DNA from: Myxococcota bacterium
GTDB taxonomy: Bacteria > Myxococcota_A > SURF-8
Direction of reading: 5' to 3'
Length of the DNA: 64,000 bases
NCBI GenBank assembly: GCA_965140415.1
Contig: OZ223209.1
Location: 3,168,001 to 3,232,000 of the forward strand
The translations under genes were made by a program, and so were the position numbers. The notes below the pieces were generated by a model. That model worked only from the letters and a program-made list of their open reading frames with translations. It was not told the origin of the DNA and searched no databases. This document shows positions 17,700-27,653 of this stretch, in pieces (position 1 is the stretch's first letter; each line of letters begins with the position of its first letter).

Positions 17700-19946
17700 T
17701 TAATTTCTCTTCCGGTTTGCCATGAAATTACAGGGAAGATCCATGTGGAAACGGGTATAGTGATTTACTTCGCTTTCGTAGCTCAATTCGCCACCATGGT
17801 CCTGCATCAGGCCGTAGCTGACCGACAGTCCCAGCCCCGTGCCCTTGTCGCGAGGTTTGGTGGTAAAGAAAGGATCGAATATCCGGCGACTGTTACTGGG
17901 GTCAATTCCACGGCCATTGTCCTGAACCGTAGTTCGAATGTATAGCTCGCCATCGCGGTCCACTCGCGAACAACTGATTTGGATCAGCTTTTTCCCAACT
18001 TCGCCATTGTAACGTTCGTTTAGTGCATCCCTTGCATTCGTAATCAGGTTCAACAGTACCTGCTTAACCTGTTGACTGCGGCAGGTTAATTGAGGCAGAT
18101 CTGGACCAAAGGCCAATTCCAGTTCGATATGATCTTTTTCCAGTACCTTGTGGATAAGAGAAACCGTGGACCGCACGATCTGTTCGATTTCATGCTTTCC
18201 GTGAATTTCTTCCACCTGCGATGCGAAGGAAAGTAAATTGGCTACGATACCGGCGATTCGCTTGCTCTCGGACTTGATTTCATCCGAGTAGTGTTGCACT
18301 TTGTCAATTTGATCGGCACAGGAGGAAATCAACTCGCCATAGTTCATAATGATGTTGATCGGATTGTTGATCTCATGCGCGATTCCGCTTGCAAGCGTTC
18401 CGATCGCTTCCAACTTTTGCTGGTTACTTAATTGTGCCTGCGTGCGCTTGCGCTCCGTGATGTCTCGCGAAACCCCTTGAAGCTTGACCGGGATACCATT
18501 ATCGTCCCGAATCAACTGCGAGTTCACTTCGATCCAAACAGAATGACCGTCTTTGTGTATATGCTCGATCTCTGCCGATTGCTGATCGATGCCGTTTTGA
18601 ATGCCAAGTGCAAGATGATTTGCGATGGCTTCGATTCCTTCCGGAGTGACGACATCTTCCATATTCAGATTCTTGGCTTCTTCGACGGTATATCCAAGCT
18701 GCTGCTGGATCGATGGGGTGATATAGGTCGTTTTCATACTCATGTCCCGGACCCAGTAGACATCGGAAACGTTTTCTGCAAACAACTTGAGGATTTCCTC
18801 GCTTTCACGCAGTGCCTGTTCTGCCAGTTTGCGTTCATGAATATCACGTGCCACGGTTACAATCGAGACGACTTCTTTCTCATGATTCTGTACCGCTTTC
18901 GCGGAAAGAAGAAACCAGCGCACACCCAATTTCGTATTTCCGCGCAACTCTATCGTGCAGGTATGCGGAGGTTCAACCAACAACTGCCAGGTATCCCGCA
19001 AGCGTTGGTGGTCGTCCGGATGGATCAAATCGAAGTAGTTCTGGTTTGTTAGTTCCTTTGCTGTTTTGTCGAACAGATCACAAAAAGGAGGGTTGACATA
19101 TAAAAGTTTATCGTCGCGGCTGACTTTAACGACCGGATCGATTTGATGCTCGATCAATAAACGATAGCTTTCCTCGCTCTCTTTCAGTGCCAATAGTGCC
19201 TGCTTTTGAGGCGTAATGTCATGCACCAGGGTGATGATCCAAATGCTGCCATCTTGAAAACGAACCGGGATCTTTCTCGTTTCGGTAAATACCACCTGAC
19301 TATTGACTACATTCGAATCTTCCGTTGTCAGGCTTCGACCTTGCTTTAATACCGCCCGGTATTCCTCCATCACACTATCGTCGAGAATGGGAAAGATTTC
19401 CTTTAAGCTTTTTCCCACGACTTCCGAATTATCAACGCCCAAGGCGGCACACCATTGCAAACCGGCTTTGTTGATCAAGCGGACTCGGAGATCTTCGTCC
19501 ATTACATGAACGATATCCTGTATTCCGTCGACCAGGGGTTTGAACAGGCCAAGAAACACGTCTGCACTGAGTTGGTTTGGTTCTGCACTCAAAACCTGAT
19601 CTTTAACGACAATCAGTATTAGGGGAGTATCAAAGCCGTTCAGAATACTGACATGCCAACGTTGCTGCCGCATGTCTCCTTTATTCGTCGAGACATTAAC
19701 GATGCCGCTCCAAGGAGTATCATTTTGGAGAAAAGAGGAAATGTCATCCCAGGAGGTAGCTCCTGGTACCTTCTTAAAAAGCTTATGGATCGGTTCGCCT
19801 TGGATTTCACCTTGAGACATGCCGAAGGACATTGCTGCCAAGGCATTGTGAGCCGAGATCACGCCATCGCCATCAACGATGATTGCAGGGTCCGGCAAAC
19901 TGTCCAAAAACGGATAGCAACTAGATTGATGCAGGTTTTCTTTCAT
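17700..19946 (-). CDS. Cytoplasmic multi-PAS sensor histidine kinase
   Basis: Four PAS-like repeats; H-box IAHEINNP; N-box QVLLNLITNARDA; DNGRG; FDPFFTTK; GTGLGL. Confidence 0.92.
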   Translation of the reverse strand: MKENLHQSSCYPFLDSLPDPAIIVDGDGVISAHNALAAMSFGMSQGEIQGEPIHKLFKKVPGATSWDDISSFLQNDTPWSGIVNVSTNKGDMRQQRWHVSILNGFDTPLILIVVKDQVLSAEPNQLSADVFLGLFKPLVDGIQDIVHVMDEDLRVRLINKAGLQWCAALGVDNSEVVGKSLKEIFPILDDSVMEEYRAVLKQGRSLTTEDSNVVNSQVVFTETRKIPVRFQDGSIWIITLVHDITPQKQALLALKESEESYRLLIEHQIDPVVKVSRDDKLLYVNPPFCDLFDKTAKELTNQNYFDLIHPDDHQRLRDTWQLLVEPPHTCTIELRGNTKLGVRWFLLSAKAVQNHEKEVVSIVTVARDIHERKLAEQALRESEEILKLFAENVSDVYWVRDMSMKTTYITPSIQQQLGYTVEEAKNLNMEDVVTPEGIEAIANHLALGIQNGIDQQSAEIEHIHKDGHSVWIEVNSQLIRDDNGIPVKLQGVSRDITERKRTQAQLSNQQKLEAIGTLASGIAHEINNPINIIMNYGELISSCADQIDKVQHYSDEIKSESKRIAGIVANLLSFASQVEEIHGKHEIEQIVRSTVSLIHKVLEKDHIELELAFGPDLPQLTCRSQQVKQVLLNLITNARDALNERYNGEVGKKLIQISCSRVDRDGELYIRTTVQDNGRGIDPSNSRRIFDPFFTTKPRDKGTGLGLSVSYGLMQDHGGELSYESEVNHYTRFHMDLPCNFMANRKRN

Positions 19947-20020
19947 GAAGGAACGATTCCCTTCCTATTTGTACTTCATCAATAAAGTTTCAAGAAGCTT
20001 ACTGGCAAAGGAAAGTATCC

Positions 20021-21811
20021 CTATTCTGCAACAGTAAACTTTTGCTGCAAACAGAATTCAGGGTAAACATTCTCCCGTGTGTATTTCCCATCTTTTTTCA
20101 CCAGTTGCGGAAAAATCAAGCCTCTTCCCAACGGAGATTCTTTGGTGCGTTCTTCGATTTCCGCCTTTTTAGGATCGGAATAGCAATAGGTCTCTCGTAA
20201 TTTGAACGCACTCTGCTTGTCTCCTGCCGCTTTCAAGTCGGCCACCGTTTTCAGCATATCGCAGATGACATTCGATACATTCTCGAAATTCAACCGGTAA
20301 CGTTCTTTTCCTTCTTCAACCAGGGATTCGATTGCGCCATGATCCATGAAGTAGTGCCACATCATGTTGCGAGCCTGGGTATGGGCTTGATTCGGTTCGA
20401 ATTTCAGTGACGTAATCATGGAAAGCAACATACTGTAATGCGAAGCCATCGCCAGTTCTTTGGAGATTACACCGGATTCTGACAGACGTTCTGCCGCCCA
20501 CATGCCGAATAGTTCCGCACGCGCTTCTTCCAAAGGACTGTATTCCGCCTCGAGGTAATCGCGGGGTTCTCCCTGATGCTCGGGATCCTGTTTGCCGGTG
20601 GTATGCCCGATTTCATGCAGCGCGGAATGCACCTGTCCCGCTTCAAACAGTTGGTCTGCAAAGGTATCCACGACCTCTTTTACCAGGAACTCTTTGGCGA
20701 TCAGATCGCCGCTGATCGAATGCACCGCCTTTCCGGTATTGCGATACACCATGTTGACCGTACCGATGTTTTTCCCCACCCATTCGTCGTTCGGTAAAGA
20801 TTGAGCGATGGTGGTCATGGGTCCGGTAACATAATCCCCGCTCCAGGTGGCGACATCGACGAATTTGAGCCTTGGCAGAGCTTCCGGGTCGATTTCCGTA
20901 CGACGATGAGTCCAGGGGGCGTTCTTTTCTAGATCCGGCACATTGCTTATAATCGATTTCAGTAGCGCATCCGCATCCCGATTCAGTACCGTGACATTGC
21001 CTGAAGCCGCGCCCTTGGCATTTTTCCAGTTGTCCAGATACACTTCAATCGCAGTTGAAATAATGATGTCAATGGGACTGTCGTGGCGCACCCAATGATA
21101 ATCCGCCAGGCGCCTGGCCTGTTCCGTTCCCGATTTGAGTTCTTCGATCTTTGCGTCCAGATATAATTGGAAACTGATATTCGAACTATAGCTTCGTGCC
21201 TCTTTAAGATGCGAAATCGCCCTTTCGCAGAATGGACGATAGCGTTTTTCATTCAAGACGCTGTATGGCTTGCCGCTTTCGTCTCGGAGCACGGATGCAT
21301 TGACGCAACGACCCGCTTTGCCCAATTCCTCCAATTCCTGTTCGGAAAGATCCTCCGGGTAATAATTGGCGCGGTCTGAAAGCGAAACGGGAGAAAAGAG
21401 AAATTCCCGAATTTCATTGAAGCTTTCTTCTACACCCGCCTGTTTTGCCAGTTCCAGCGCCTTTTCGGGCGCCAACTGCAACAGGTGGTTCTTTCTAGGT
21501 AACAGCGCCCAGGGAGCGTTTTGCAGACAAAGCAGATACAGATAGTTGCGTATCGGCTCGCCCTCGTCTTCCTTTGCGGTATCGAGCATGGCCTGTAGAG
21601 TTTCCTGAATCTTCGGAGTGCTTGGGTTGAATTGATCTCTGAAAACGGCGTTCATTTCATTCGCTGCCGCAATAAGATGACCAAGCATCTGGATTTCATC
21701 GTCGCTAAAGCGACCGGAAGCGAAATCGAAATCAACGGTAGTGATTCCCGCACGGCGGGAGGGTTCTTCATGTTGCTGATAGGGAATGAACTCGATTGGT
21801 TTCACTGGCAT
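20021..21811 (-). CDS. M49-family (dipeptidyl peptidase III-like) zinc metallopeptidase
   Basis: ANYYPED, IAQSLPNDE, HEIGH, LEEARAE. Confidence 0.8.
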   Translation of the reverse strand: MPVKPIEFIPYQQHEEPSRRAGITTVDFDFASGRFSDDEIQMLGHLIAAANEMNAVFRDQFNPSTPKIQETLQAMLDTAKEDEGEPIRNYLYLLCLQNAPWALLPRKNHLLQLAPEKALELAKQAGVEESFNEIREFLFSPVSLSDRANYYPEDLSEQELEELGKAGRCVNASVLRDESGKPYSVLNEKRYRPFCERAISHLKEARSYSSNISFQLYLDAKIEELKSGTEQARRLADYHWVRHDSPIDIIISTAIEVYLDNWKNAKGAASGNVTVLNRDADALLKSIISNVPDLEKNAPWTHRRTEIDPEALPRLKFVDVATWSGDYVTGPMTTIAQSLPNDEWVGKNIGTVNMVYRNTGKAVHSISGDLIAKEFLVKEVVDTFADQLFEAGQVHSALHEIGHTTGKQDPEHQGEPRDYLEAEYSPLEEARAELFGMWAAERLSESGVISKELAMASHYSMLLSMITSLKFEPNQAHTQARNMMWHYFMDHGAIESLVEEGKERYRLNFENVSNVICDMLKTVADLKAAGDKQSAFKLRETYCYSDPKKAEIEERTKESPLGRGLIFPQLVKKDGKYTRENVYPEFCLQQKFTVAE

Positions 21812-21903
21812 TGGTCTCCCTTTCTTTAAGGTGTTAGCGCTTCTGTCGCGCAGATCTATGATTATTTTACGGTCGTTCTATTAAAACTCTTTTCCGTTTG
21901 CCG

Positions 21904-23295
21904 TCAACTTCGCAGTGCTTCGACATCTTCGATGCTCTTGGCGATGCCTTCTCCCAATACGCGCGCGCCGTTTTCCGTTACGAGAACATCATCTTCGATG
22001 CGAATGCCACCAAAGCCAAGGAACTTTTCTACGGATGGGTAGTCGATGAATTCCGCATGTCGCCCTTCTCGTTTCCATCTGTCGATCAAGGCCGGGATAA
22101 AATAAATGCCCGGTTCGATCGTCAACACGAATCCGGTTTGCAACGGTTTTGCAAGGCGCAGATACGAAAGACCGAATTGTTCGGAACGCTGCATTTTCGT
22201 ACCATAGCCGACGGCATCGCCCAGGTCTTCCATGTCATGCACATCCAAACCCAGCATGTGTCCGATTCCATGCGGGAAGAAGAGTGCATGGGCTCCGGCA
22301 TGAACGGCTTCATCCACGTCTCCGCGCATCAATCCCATTTCAATCAATCCGCTGGTTATCTTTCTGGCCGCAGCGAGATGAACGTCCAGGTTCGTTACTC
22401 CCGGCTTGATTGTATCTATCGCAGTTTGTTGTGCTTGAAGAACGATGGCGTATATCTCACGTTGCACTGTCGAAAAGCTGGAAGAAACCGGCCAGCAGCG
22501 GGTGATATCGGAAGCATAGCCTAACGGCGATTCCGCTCCCATATCCATGACAAGCAAGTCCCCTTCTTTTAGCTGGTTGCCGTAATTCAGGTTGTGCAAC
22601 ACTTCGCCACGTATCGAGACAATCGGCAGGTAGGCTTGTTCCCGATTCTCGGCCAAGGCAATACGCTGCGCAGAAGCGGAAATCTCCGCTTCACGCATTC
22701 CGGCAGCAGTGATGCGCATGGCTTGTTCGAAGGCTTGTTTCGTTACGGAAAGTGCGTTCTCGATTTCTGCGATTTCATTCGAATCCTTGATTTCTCGTTG
22801 GCTGACTATGGCGGAAACCAAGGATTCGGAAGCACAGGTTTGAATCTGGTTTGCCGGAAGGCCCATCACGTTATTCAGCAGGAGAACCGTTTCCGCTCTG
22901 CTGGGAGGCGGAAAGTGAACGGTGACGGACTGACCGAGCAATTGTCGCAGTCCCTCGGAAAGTCGTTCGAGCGGCTCAACGTTTTCTAGTCCCGCCTGCT
23001 CTGCCAATTCTCTGAGTTTGGGCTGGGGGCCACTCCAAACTACATCATCGGGAGAAGACTCCAGACCGAAAAGAAACTCCTGCCCATCCGGCAATATCAG
23101 CAAATGCAAATCGGGAAGATTCAGCCCCGTGTAATACAGCATATGGGAGTTCTGCCGGAACGGATAAGCATTGGCCGCATAGGTGCGGGGTGAATCGCTA
23201 TTTCCAGGAATAAGAATCGCGCCTTCGGATAGCTTATCTCTTAAGACTTGACGTCGATGCCGGTAAATACCGCTCTCCATTATTTGATCTCCCAT
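21904..23295 (-). CDS. pepP: Xaa-Pro aminopeptidase (M24B)
   Basis: YPFRQNS, DMGAE..GYASDITR, HGIGHMLGLDVHD, TIEPGIYF, GGIRIEDD. Confidence 0.92.
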   Translation of the reverse strand: MGDQIMESGIYRHRRQVLRDKLSEGAILIPGNSDSPRTYAANAYPFRQNSHMLYYTGLNLPDLHLLILPDGQEFLFGLESSPDDVVWSGPQPKLRELAEQAGLENVEPLERLSEGLRQLLGQSVTVHFPPPSRAETVLLLNNVMGLPANQIQTCASESLVSAIVSQREIKDSNEIAEIENALSVTKQAFEQAMRITAAGMREAEISASAQRIALAENREQAYLPIVSIRGEVLHNLNYGNQLKEGDLLVMDMGAESPLGYASDITRCWPVSSSFSTVQREIYAIVLQAQQTAIDTIKPGVTNLDVHLAAARKITSGLIEMGLMRGDVDEAVHAGAHALFFPHGIGHMLGLDVHDMEDLGDAVGYGTKMQRSEQFGLSYLRLAKPLQTGFVLTIEPGIYFIPALIDRWKREGRHAEFIDYPSVEKFLGFGGIRIEDDVLVTENGARVLGEGIAKSIEDVEALRS

Positions 23296-23485
23296 ACTCA
23301 GGATACAACAATACTCTCAAGTCAGTACTCTAGCGCCATACTTCATTGATTCCAACACTTTTTCATGATCTCTTGTCTTGAAAATTCGAGTTACGTCATT
23401 TGATGAAATGCAATGGAATTATGCGAAGAACAGTGTGCAAAACAAACTGCCTTCTATGCAAATGAACGACCAGCAAGAAAGATGC

Positions 23486-25642
23486 TTAGCGCCTGCTGTT
23501 CGACCAACTCTGCAACAGCAGGTTCAAATCCATCTGGTACATTGCAGATATCGCCTGATTGTCGGATTCTCCGTTGGCAAAGCGCTTGGCGAGAGCGAGT
23601 AAGGATGTCGATTCGTAGTTGTCGCAAAGATAGCCGACGACCGCTGCGGCCTGAGCGCGGGCGGTGGAACTTTGCTGGGAAAGCGCCTGTTTCCACAGGG
23701 GACCGTCCAGGATTGGCGAGGAACCGGCTAATTGAGCCGAAGCACTATACTGATTCGGATAGAGCTTTTCCACAACATGCAGGCCAAAACCTTCCGCAAG
23801 CCAGTCCGGAATCAGGCCTCCACCTATTCGACGAAGAATGTTGTGAGCCAGCAATGCCGAAATAACAGGTTTAAGCATGGGATGGTCGGCCTTTAAGCCT
23901 TTGGCAGGAATTCGAATCGTGTCGCTTTCTCCCTGTGCGGAAAGCGCGAAACTTGCAAGATGATCCGAAAACGGATAGCGTCCATCCAGAACGACTTTGA
24001 ACGTCTCGACCGGATAACTACCAAGCAGCTCTCCGATTTGTGAAAAAGCCGTTTCACCGAACGTTCCAGTCTGCACCAATAGATTTTTATCCTGTATGCC
24101 AAACGAGCGGATCCGAAAATGAGAATGAGAGGAAATGTGATCCAATACATTCAGGTTTTCAATGGGAACTGGTTCCTTGGATGGTTCTACCTTATCGGTT
24201 TCCTTTGCTTCTGCTTTTAGTACTGCGTGGGCTTTCACTGCGGTTTTTTGCGACTCCGGTTCGGAATAGTAATTATTGGAAACGATGAAAACCAGAACGG
24301 CAATCAGCAACACTCCCAAACCGATTCCCACACGCACCCATTTCACGTTCAAGGAACGTTCGGGTTTGTTCGCCGGTTCTGAAGACAATCGTGTAGATTC
24401 CGAGCCCGGCTTGTCCAGTTCGCCGGAAAGCCCGATCATGGTAAGCGTTTTTCTGCTTTGACCGATTTTGACTTTCCGAACGCCGCTTTTTCGCAGTTCG
24501 ACTTCCGCTCCCATTTGATAAAATTTGGATTGAAGGATCTTGGCTTTCTCGTATGCCAACTTTGTCGCCAATAACAGGGGGAGCCTTTGAAGCATCTGCT
24601 TGATTAGAGCGACGGGCTTCTTTGTCGTTCGTTCCATGTACTGAGCGACACGCAGGTTGGCTTCCGGACCTTGAAAGCCTGTTACATGAACCGAATACAA
24701 GACCTCTTCCTGTTCCTGCTCGCCTAGTTCCGTTTTGCATGAACTGCACTGCCCTTCTTCGGACAAGGAAACGTTGCAGCCGCAGTTCTGACAAAACACC
24801 CACTTCCCGCCAGTAAAACGTGATTCCGAATTTGCAATGGTGTTGAGTTCCTGAATGATCTTGCCGTAATCCGAAATCCGATCGTCGGGAGATTTCGCCA
24901 TCATGCTTTCAATCAGGCGACACAATGATGCTGGATAATCAGGATTGATACTCGATATCGAGGGGACAGGTTCCTGGACGTGTTTCATCAACACGCCGAC
25001 GGTCGTATCCGACTGATACGGCGGATGCCCGACCAATAATTCGAAATAGGTAATACCAAGGGAGTAAAGATCGGAGCGATAGTCAATCGTTTGTCCGCGA
25101 GCTTGCTCCGGACTCAGATAGTTTGGAGTTCCCAAGGCGATGCCGGTTTGCGTTAACGTCGAGTCGCCTTCCTGCAACTTCGCCAACCCGAAATCCACAA
25201 GCTTCACGCGCCCGCGATCCTCGATCATGATGTTGCCGGGTTTTACATCACGATGCAGCACTCCCTTTTCCGAGGAAAACTGCAACGCCTTGGCCGTTTG
25301 GATCATGATGTTGAGCACCTGCTCCCCGGACAGCAACATGCGCTGCTTGACGACATCGGCCAGCGATACGCCATCGATGTATTCCATCGCGTAATAGGGA
25401 ATGTTTTTCGGCGTTCGCCCGATGAAGAACACATGCGCGATATTGGGATGCCGCAAATTTGCGGCAGCCTGTGCTTCTCTTTCGAAACGGGAAAGGTTTT
25501 CTTGATCGGCCAGGCAGTTCGGCGACAAGACCTTGATCGCCACTTTCATCTGAAGGCTTTCATCAAGACCTTCATAAACCGCCCCCATGGCCCCTTCCCC
25601 AAGTTTTCGCTGCACCGTATAGTGACCGATACGTTGGGTCAT
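23486..25642 (-). CDS. Membrane Ser/Thr protein kinase with zinc ribbon, TM helix and a degenerate gluzincin-like extracytoplasmic domain
   Basis: GEGAMG, VAIK, HRDVKPGN, DFG, GTPNYLSPEQ; CQNC..CSSC; TM VGIGLGVLLIAVLVFIV; IPDWLAEG. Confidence 0.92.
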   Translation of the reverse strand: MTQRIGHYTVQRKLGEGAMGAVYEGLDESLQMKVAIKVLSPNCLADQENLSRFEREAQAAANLRHPNIAHVFFIGRTPKNIPYYAMEYIDGVSLADVVKQRMLLSGEQVLNIMIQTAKALQFSSEKGVLHRDVKPGNIMIEDRGRVKLVDFGLAKLQEGDSTLTQTGIALGTPNYLSPEQARGQTIDYRSDLYSLGITYFELLVGHPPYQSDTTVGVLMKHVQEPVPSISSINPDYPASLCRLIESMMAKSPDDRISDYGKIIQELNTIANSESRFTGGKWVFCQNCGCNVSLSEEGQCSSCKTELGEQEQEEVLYSVHVTGFQGPEANLRVAQYMERTTKKPVALIKQMLQRLPLLLATKLAYEKAKILQSKFYQMGAEVELRKSGVRKVKIGQSRKTLTMIGLSGELDKPGSESTRLSSEPANKPERSLNVKWVRVGIGLGVLLIAVLVFIVSNNYYSEPESQKTAVKAHAVLKAEAKETDKVEPSKEPVPIENLNVLDHISSHSHFRIRSFGIQDKNLLVQTGTFGETAFSQIGELLGSYPVETFKVVLDGRYPFSDHLASFALSAQGESDTIRIPAKGLKADHPMLKPVISALLAHNILRRIGGGLIPDWLAEGFGLHVVEKLYPNQYSASAQLAGSSPILDGPLWKQALSQQSSTARAQAAAVVGYLCDNYESTSLLALAKRFANGESDNQAISAMYQMDLNLLLQSWSNSRR

Positions 25643-25694
25643 GACCCCCTCGTCAAAGCAATATGAACGTTTTCCATACTAATAAGAACGATTT

Positions 25695-25723
25695 AAAATA
25701 CCGCAAGATGGGATTCTTGTCAA
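25695..25723 (-). promoter_or_regulatory. Sigma70-type promoter of the kinase gene
   Basis: TTGACA-N17-TATTTT on the minus strand. Confidence 0.5.
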
Positions 25724-25857
25724 TTTAGAGAATTGCTTTAAACGCTTACGTCGTTTGACGCTTCCCCCACTTCATATTCTGAGGATGGCTAAACAATGAA
25801 CGGCAGATTTCCAATCGAAAAACCTGCCTTAATGCCTGTTTGTTTTGTGTTTGGCTG

Positions 25858-26925
25858 CTATGCGATGTGAAGCGATTTCTGAAATCTCCTTCGTTTTCGG
25901 AGATACATAAGAGCTATAAGCAAGGCGAACAATGCACCAGACCCATTCCCGTGCTGACATCCGCTGCTGCCATCCTGGCCGTCGCCATCCGTCTGGTTAT
26001 TGCCATTCGTGCAGATCTCACCCGGTTTGCAATCGATGAGTCCCCCTCCGGGGCCGTTTTCGAAGGATTCTTCATCGCCATCTGTGGAGCCCGGATCGAT
26101 GGGACTGTCAACGGAAGGAGTGTTTTCGTTGCGATCGTAATCCATCCAGGGTGGAAGTTCGTCATCATCTCCTGGCGATGCCGGAGAGCAGTGACGATTG
26201 ATGCAAATTTCATCGACGGCACAATCTCCGTCATTCAAACACGGCTCGATGCACACATGGTTGATTGTGTCGCAAACCTGGGGAGTGCAGTCGGAATCAT
26301 AGAGACAGAAAAACGTCTCCAGTTCGTCATCGCCATCCGGGATCGGTTGACAGGTATAGTCATCATCGCAGAATTCACCCTGCAAACACTGGCCATTGTC
26401 CATGCAGTAGTAACGGCAAAGTAGCAGGCGGGAATCACAATAGGTGTCAGGACGGTTCGGGCAATCGTCGTGCCTCCGACACTCGCCTGCGGCCAAAGGC
26501 TGACATACGGAGTCTTCACAGTAAAAGCCGTATGGACAATCGGCGTGATCGGAACATGTAACAACCTGGTCGCTGTCGCTTTCCGATGGCAGTTCCAAAT
26601 CCAGATCTTCATCTCCACCACTGGCGGGGTCGCATTTGTGTGTAACGGGGTTGCAGAACTCATTTTCCCGGCACTGTTCGTTTGTGGCGCACAAAAACCG
26701 GCAGGTGAAACTGCTTTGTTCGCAATACAGGTCGGGATAGCCGGGGCAGTCGGTGTCTTTTCGGCAATCGCCACTGGCCAACGGATAGCACATCCCCTCC
26801 AAGCAGTAGTATGTCGGATCGCAATCCTCATGGTCCAAGCAGGTTTCCGCATCAGCCATGAGAGGAAAAGCGAGAGAACTAATCACCAGTAAAAATAAAA
26901 CACAAGACTTACCCAATTTCATCAC
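25858..26925 (-). CDS. Cys-rich repeat surface protein with MYXO-CTERM-like tail
   Basis: Signal peptide; duplicated ~72-aa Cys module; DGD tract; SSGCQ-hydrophobic-RKRRR. Confidence 0.85.
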   Translation of the reverse strand: MMKLGKSCVLFLLVISSLAFPLMADAETCLDHEDCDPTYYCLEGMCYPLASGDCRKDTDCPGYPDLYCEQSSFTCRFLCATNEQCRENEFCNPVTHKCDPASGGDEDLDLELPSESDSDQVVTCSDHADCPYGFYCEDSVCQPLAAGECRRHDDCPNRPDTYCDSRLLLCRYYCMDNGQCLQGEFCDDDYTCQPIPDGDDELETFFCLYDSDCTPQVCDTINHVCIEPCLNDGDCAVDEICINRHCSPASPGDDDELPPWMDYDRNENTPSVDSPIDPGSTDGDEESFENGPGGGLIDCKPGEICTNGNNQTDGDGQDGSSGCQHGNGSGALFALLIALMYLRKRRRFQKSLHIA

Positions 26926-27065
26926 GCGATACTCCTAAACCTGGAAAGATGGAGCGAGTATAACTCTTCAGTCTGACATTAGCATGAGTTGCATTTTCTT
27001 ACAATTGAACTTCACCCCTCTCTGTGATATGGTCGATTTCGTCTTATTGAGGAAAGGTGCAAGCC

Positions 27066-27617
27066 ATGGGTAGATGTCACAATTTTTCGATCCTGTTTGT
27101 TCTGTTGCTGATTGCATGCCTGGGTGCCTGCTCGCCGCGCCCAAAAGCACATCATCCACAACCGGAAGACAACAAAAAGCAAGAAGCGGAACTGGTTACC
27201 AATGATTTGCTGGACGCCTGCAAAACAAGCGATCAGCAACGATTCTTTTCATACCTGGACAAGAACCTTACCTGTCTTGCACTTGGTACGGAAGTCGAGA
27301 GAATCAGCACGCAAACGCTGGCAAGCAGATTCAATGAATCGGAGCGTGTCTCTGCTGCATGTGCGCCAAACTATCTTCCTGCACAGCTTAAAATCACGGC
27401 TTATTCTCGCTTTGAACTGTTGAATAGAAAGAGTGATGTCCCGGAAACGATACGCGAATACAGCTTGCATATGCAGAAATGGGACATCCTGGTTGCCGTA
27501 ACTCATCGTTCCGGTAAAAACACGAATGCCTCTCCGCTGATTGTGATTTGGTCCAAACCCGCAGGGGCCTGGCTTATAAACGCAGCCGATTGTGACCGCT
27601 TATTTGTTGACGAGTAA
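27066..27617 (+). CDS. Hypothetical lipoprotein
   Basis: Purine-rich RBS, hydrophobic signal, lipobox LGAC. Confidence 0.65.
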   Translation: MGRCHNFSILFVLLLIACLGACSPRPKAHHPQPEDNKKQEAELVTNDLLDACKTSDQQRFFSYLDKNLTCLALGTEVERISTQTLASRFNESERVSAACAPNYLPAQLKITAYSRFELLNRKSDVPETIREYSLHMQKWDILVAVTHRSGKNTNASPLIVIWSKPAGAWLINAADCDRLFVDE

Positions 27618-27653
27618 TTCTGAAAAAAGATCTGGCAGAAGCCGGGAAGGAAA

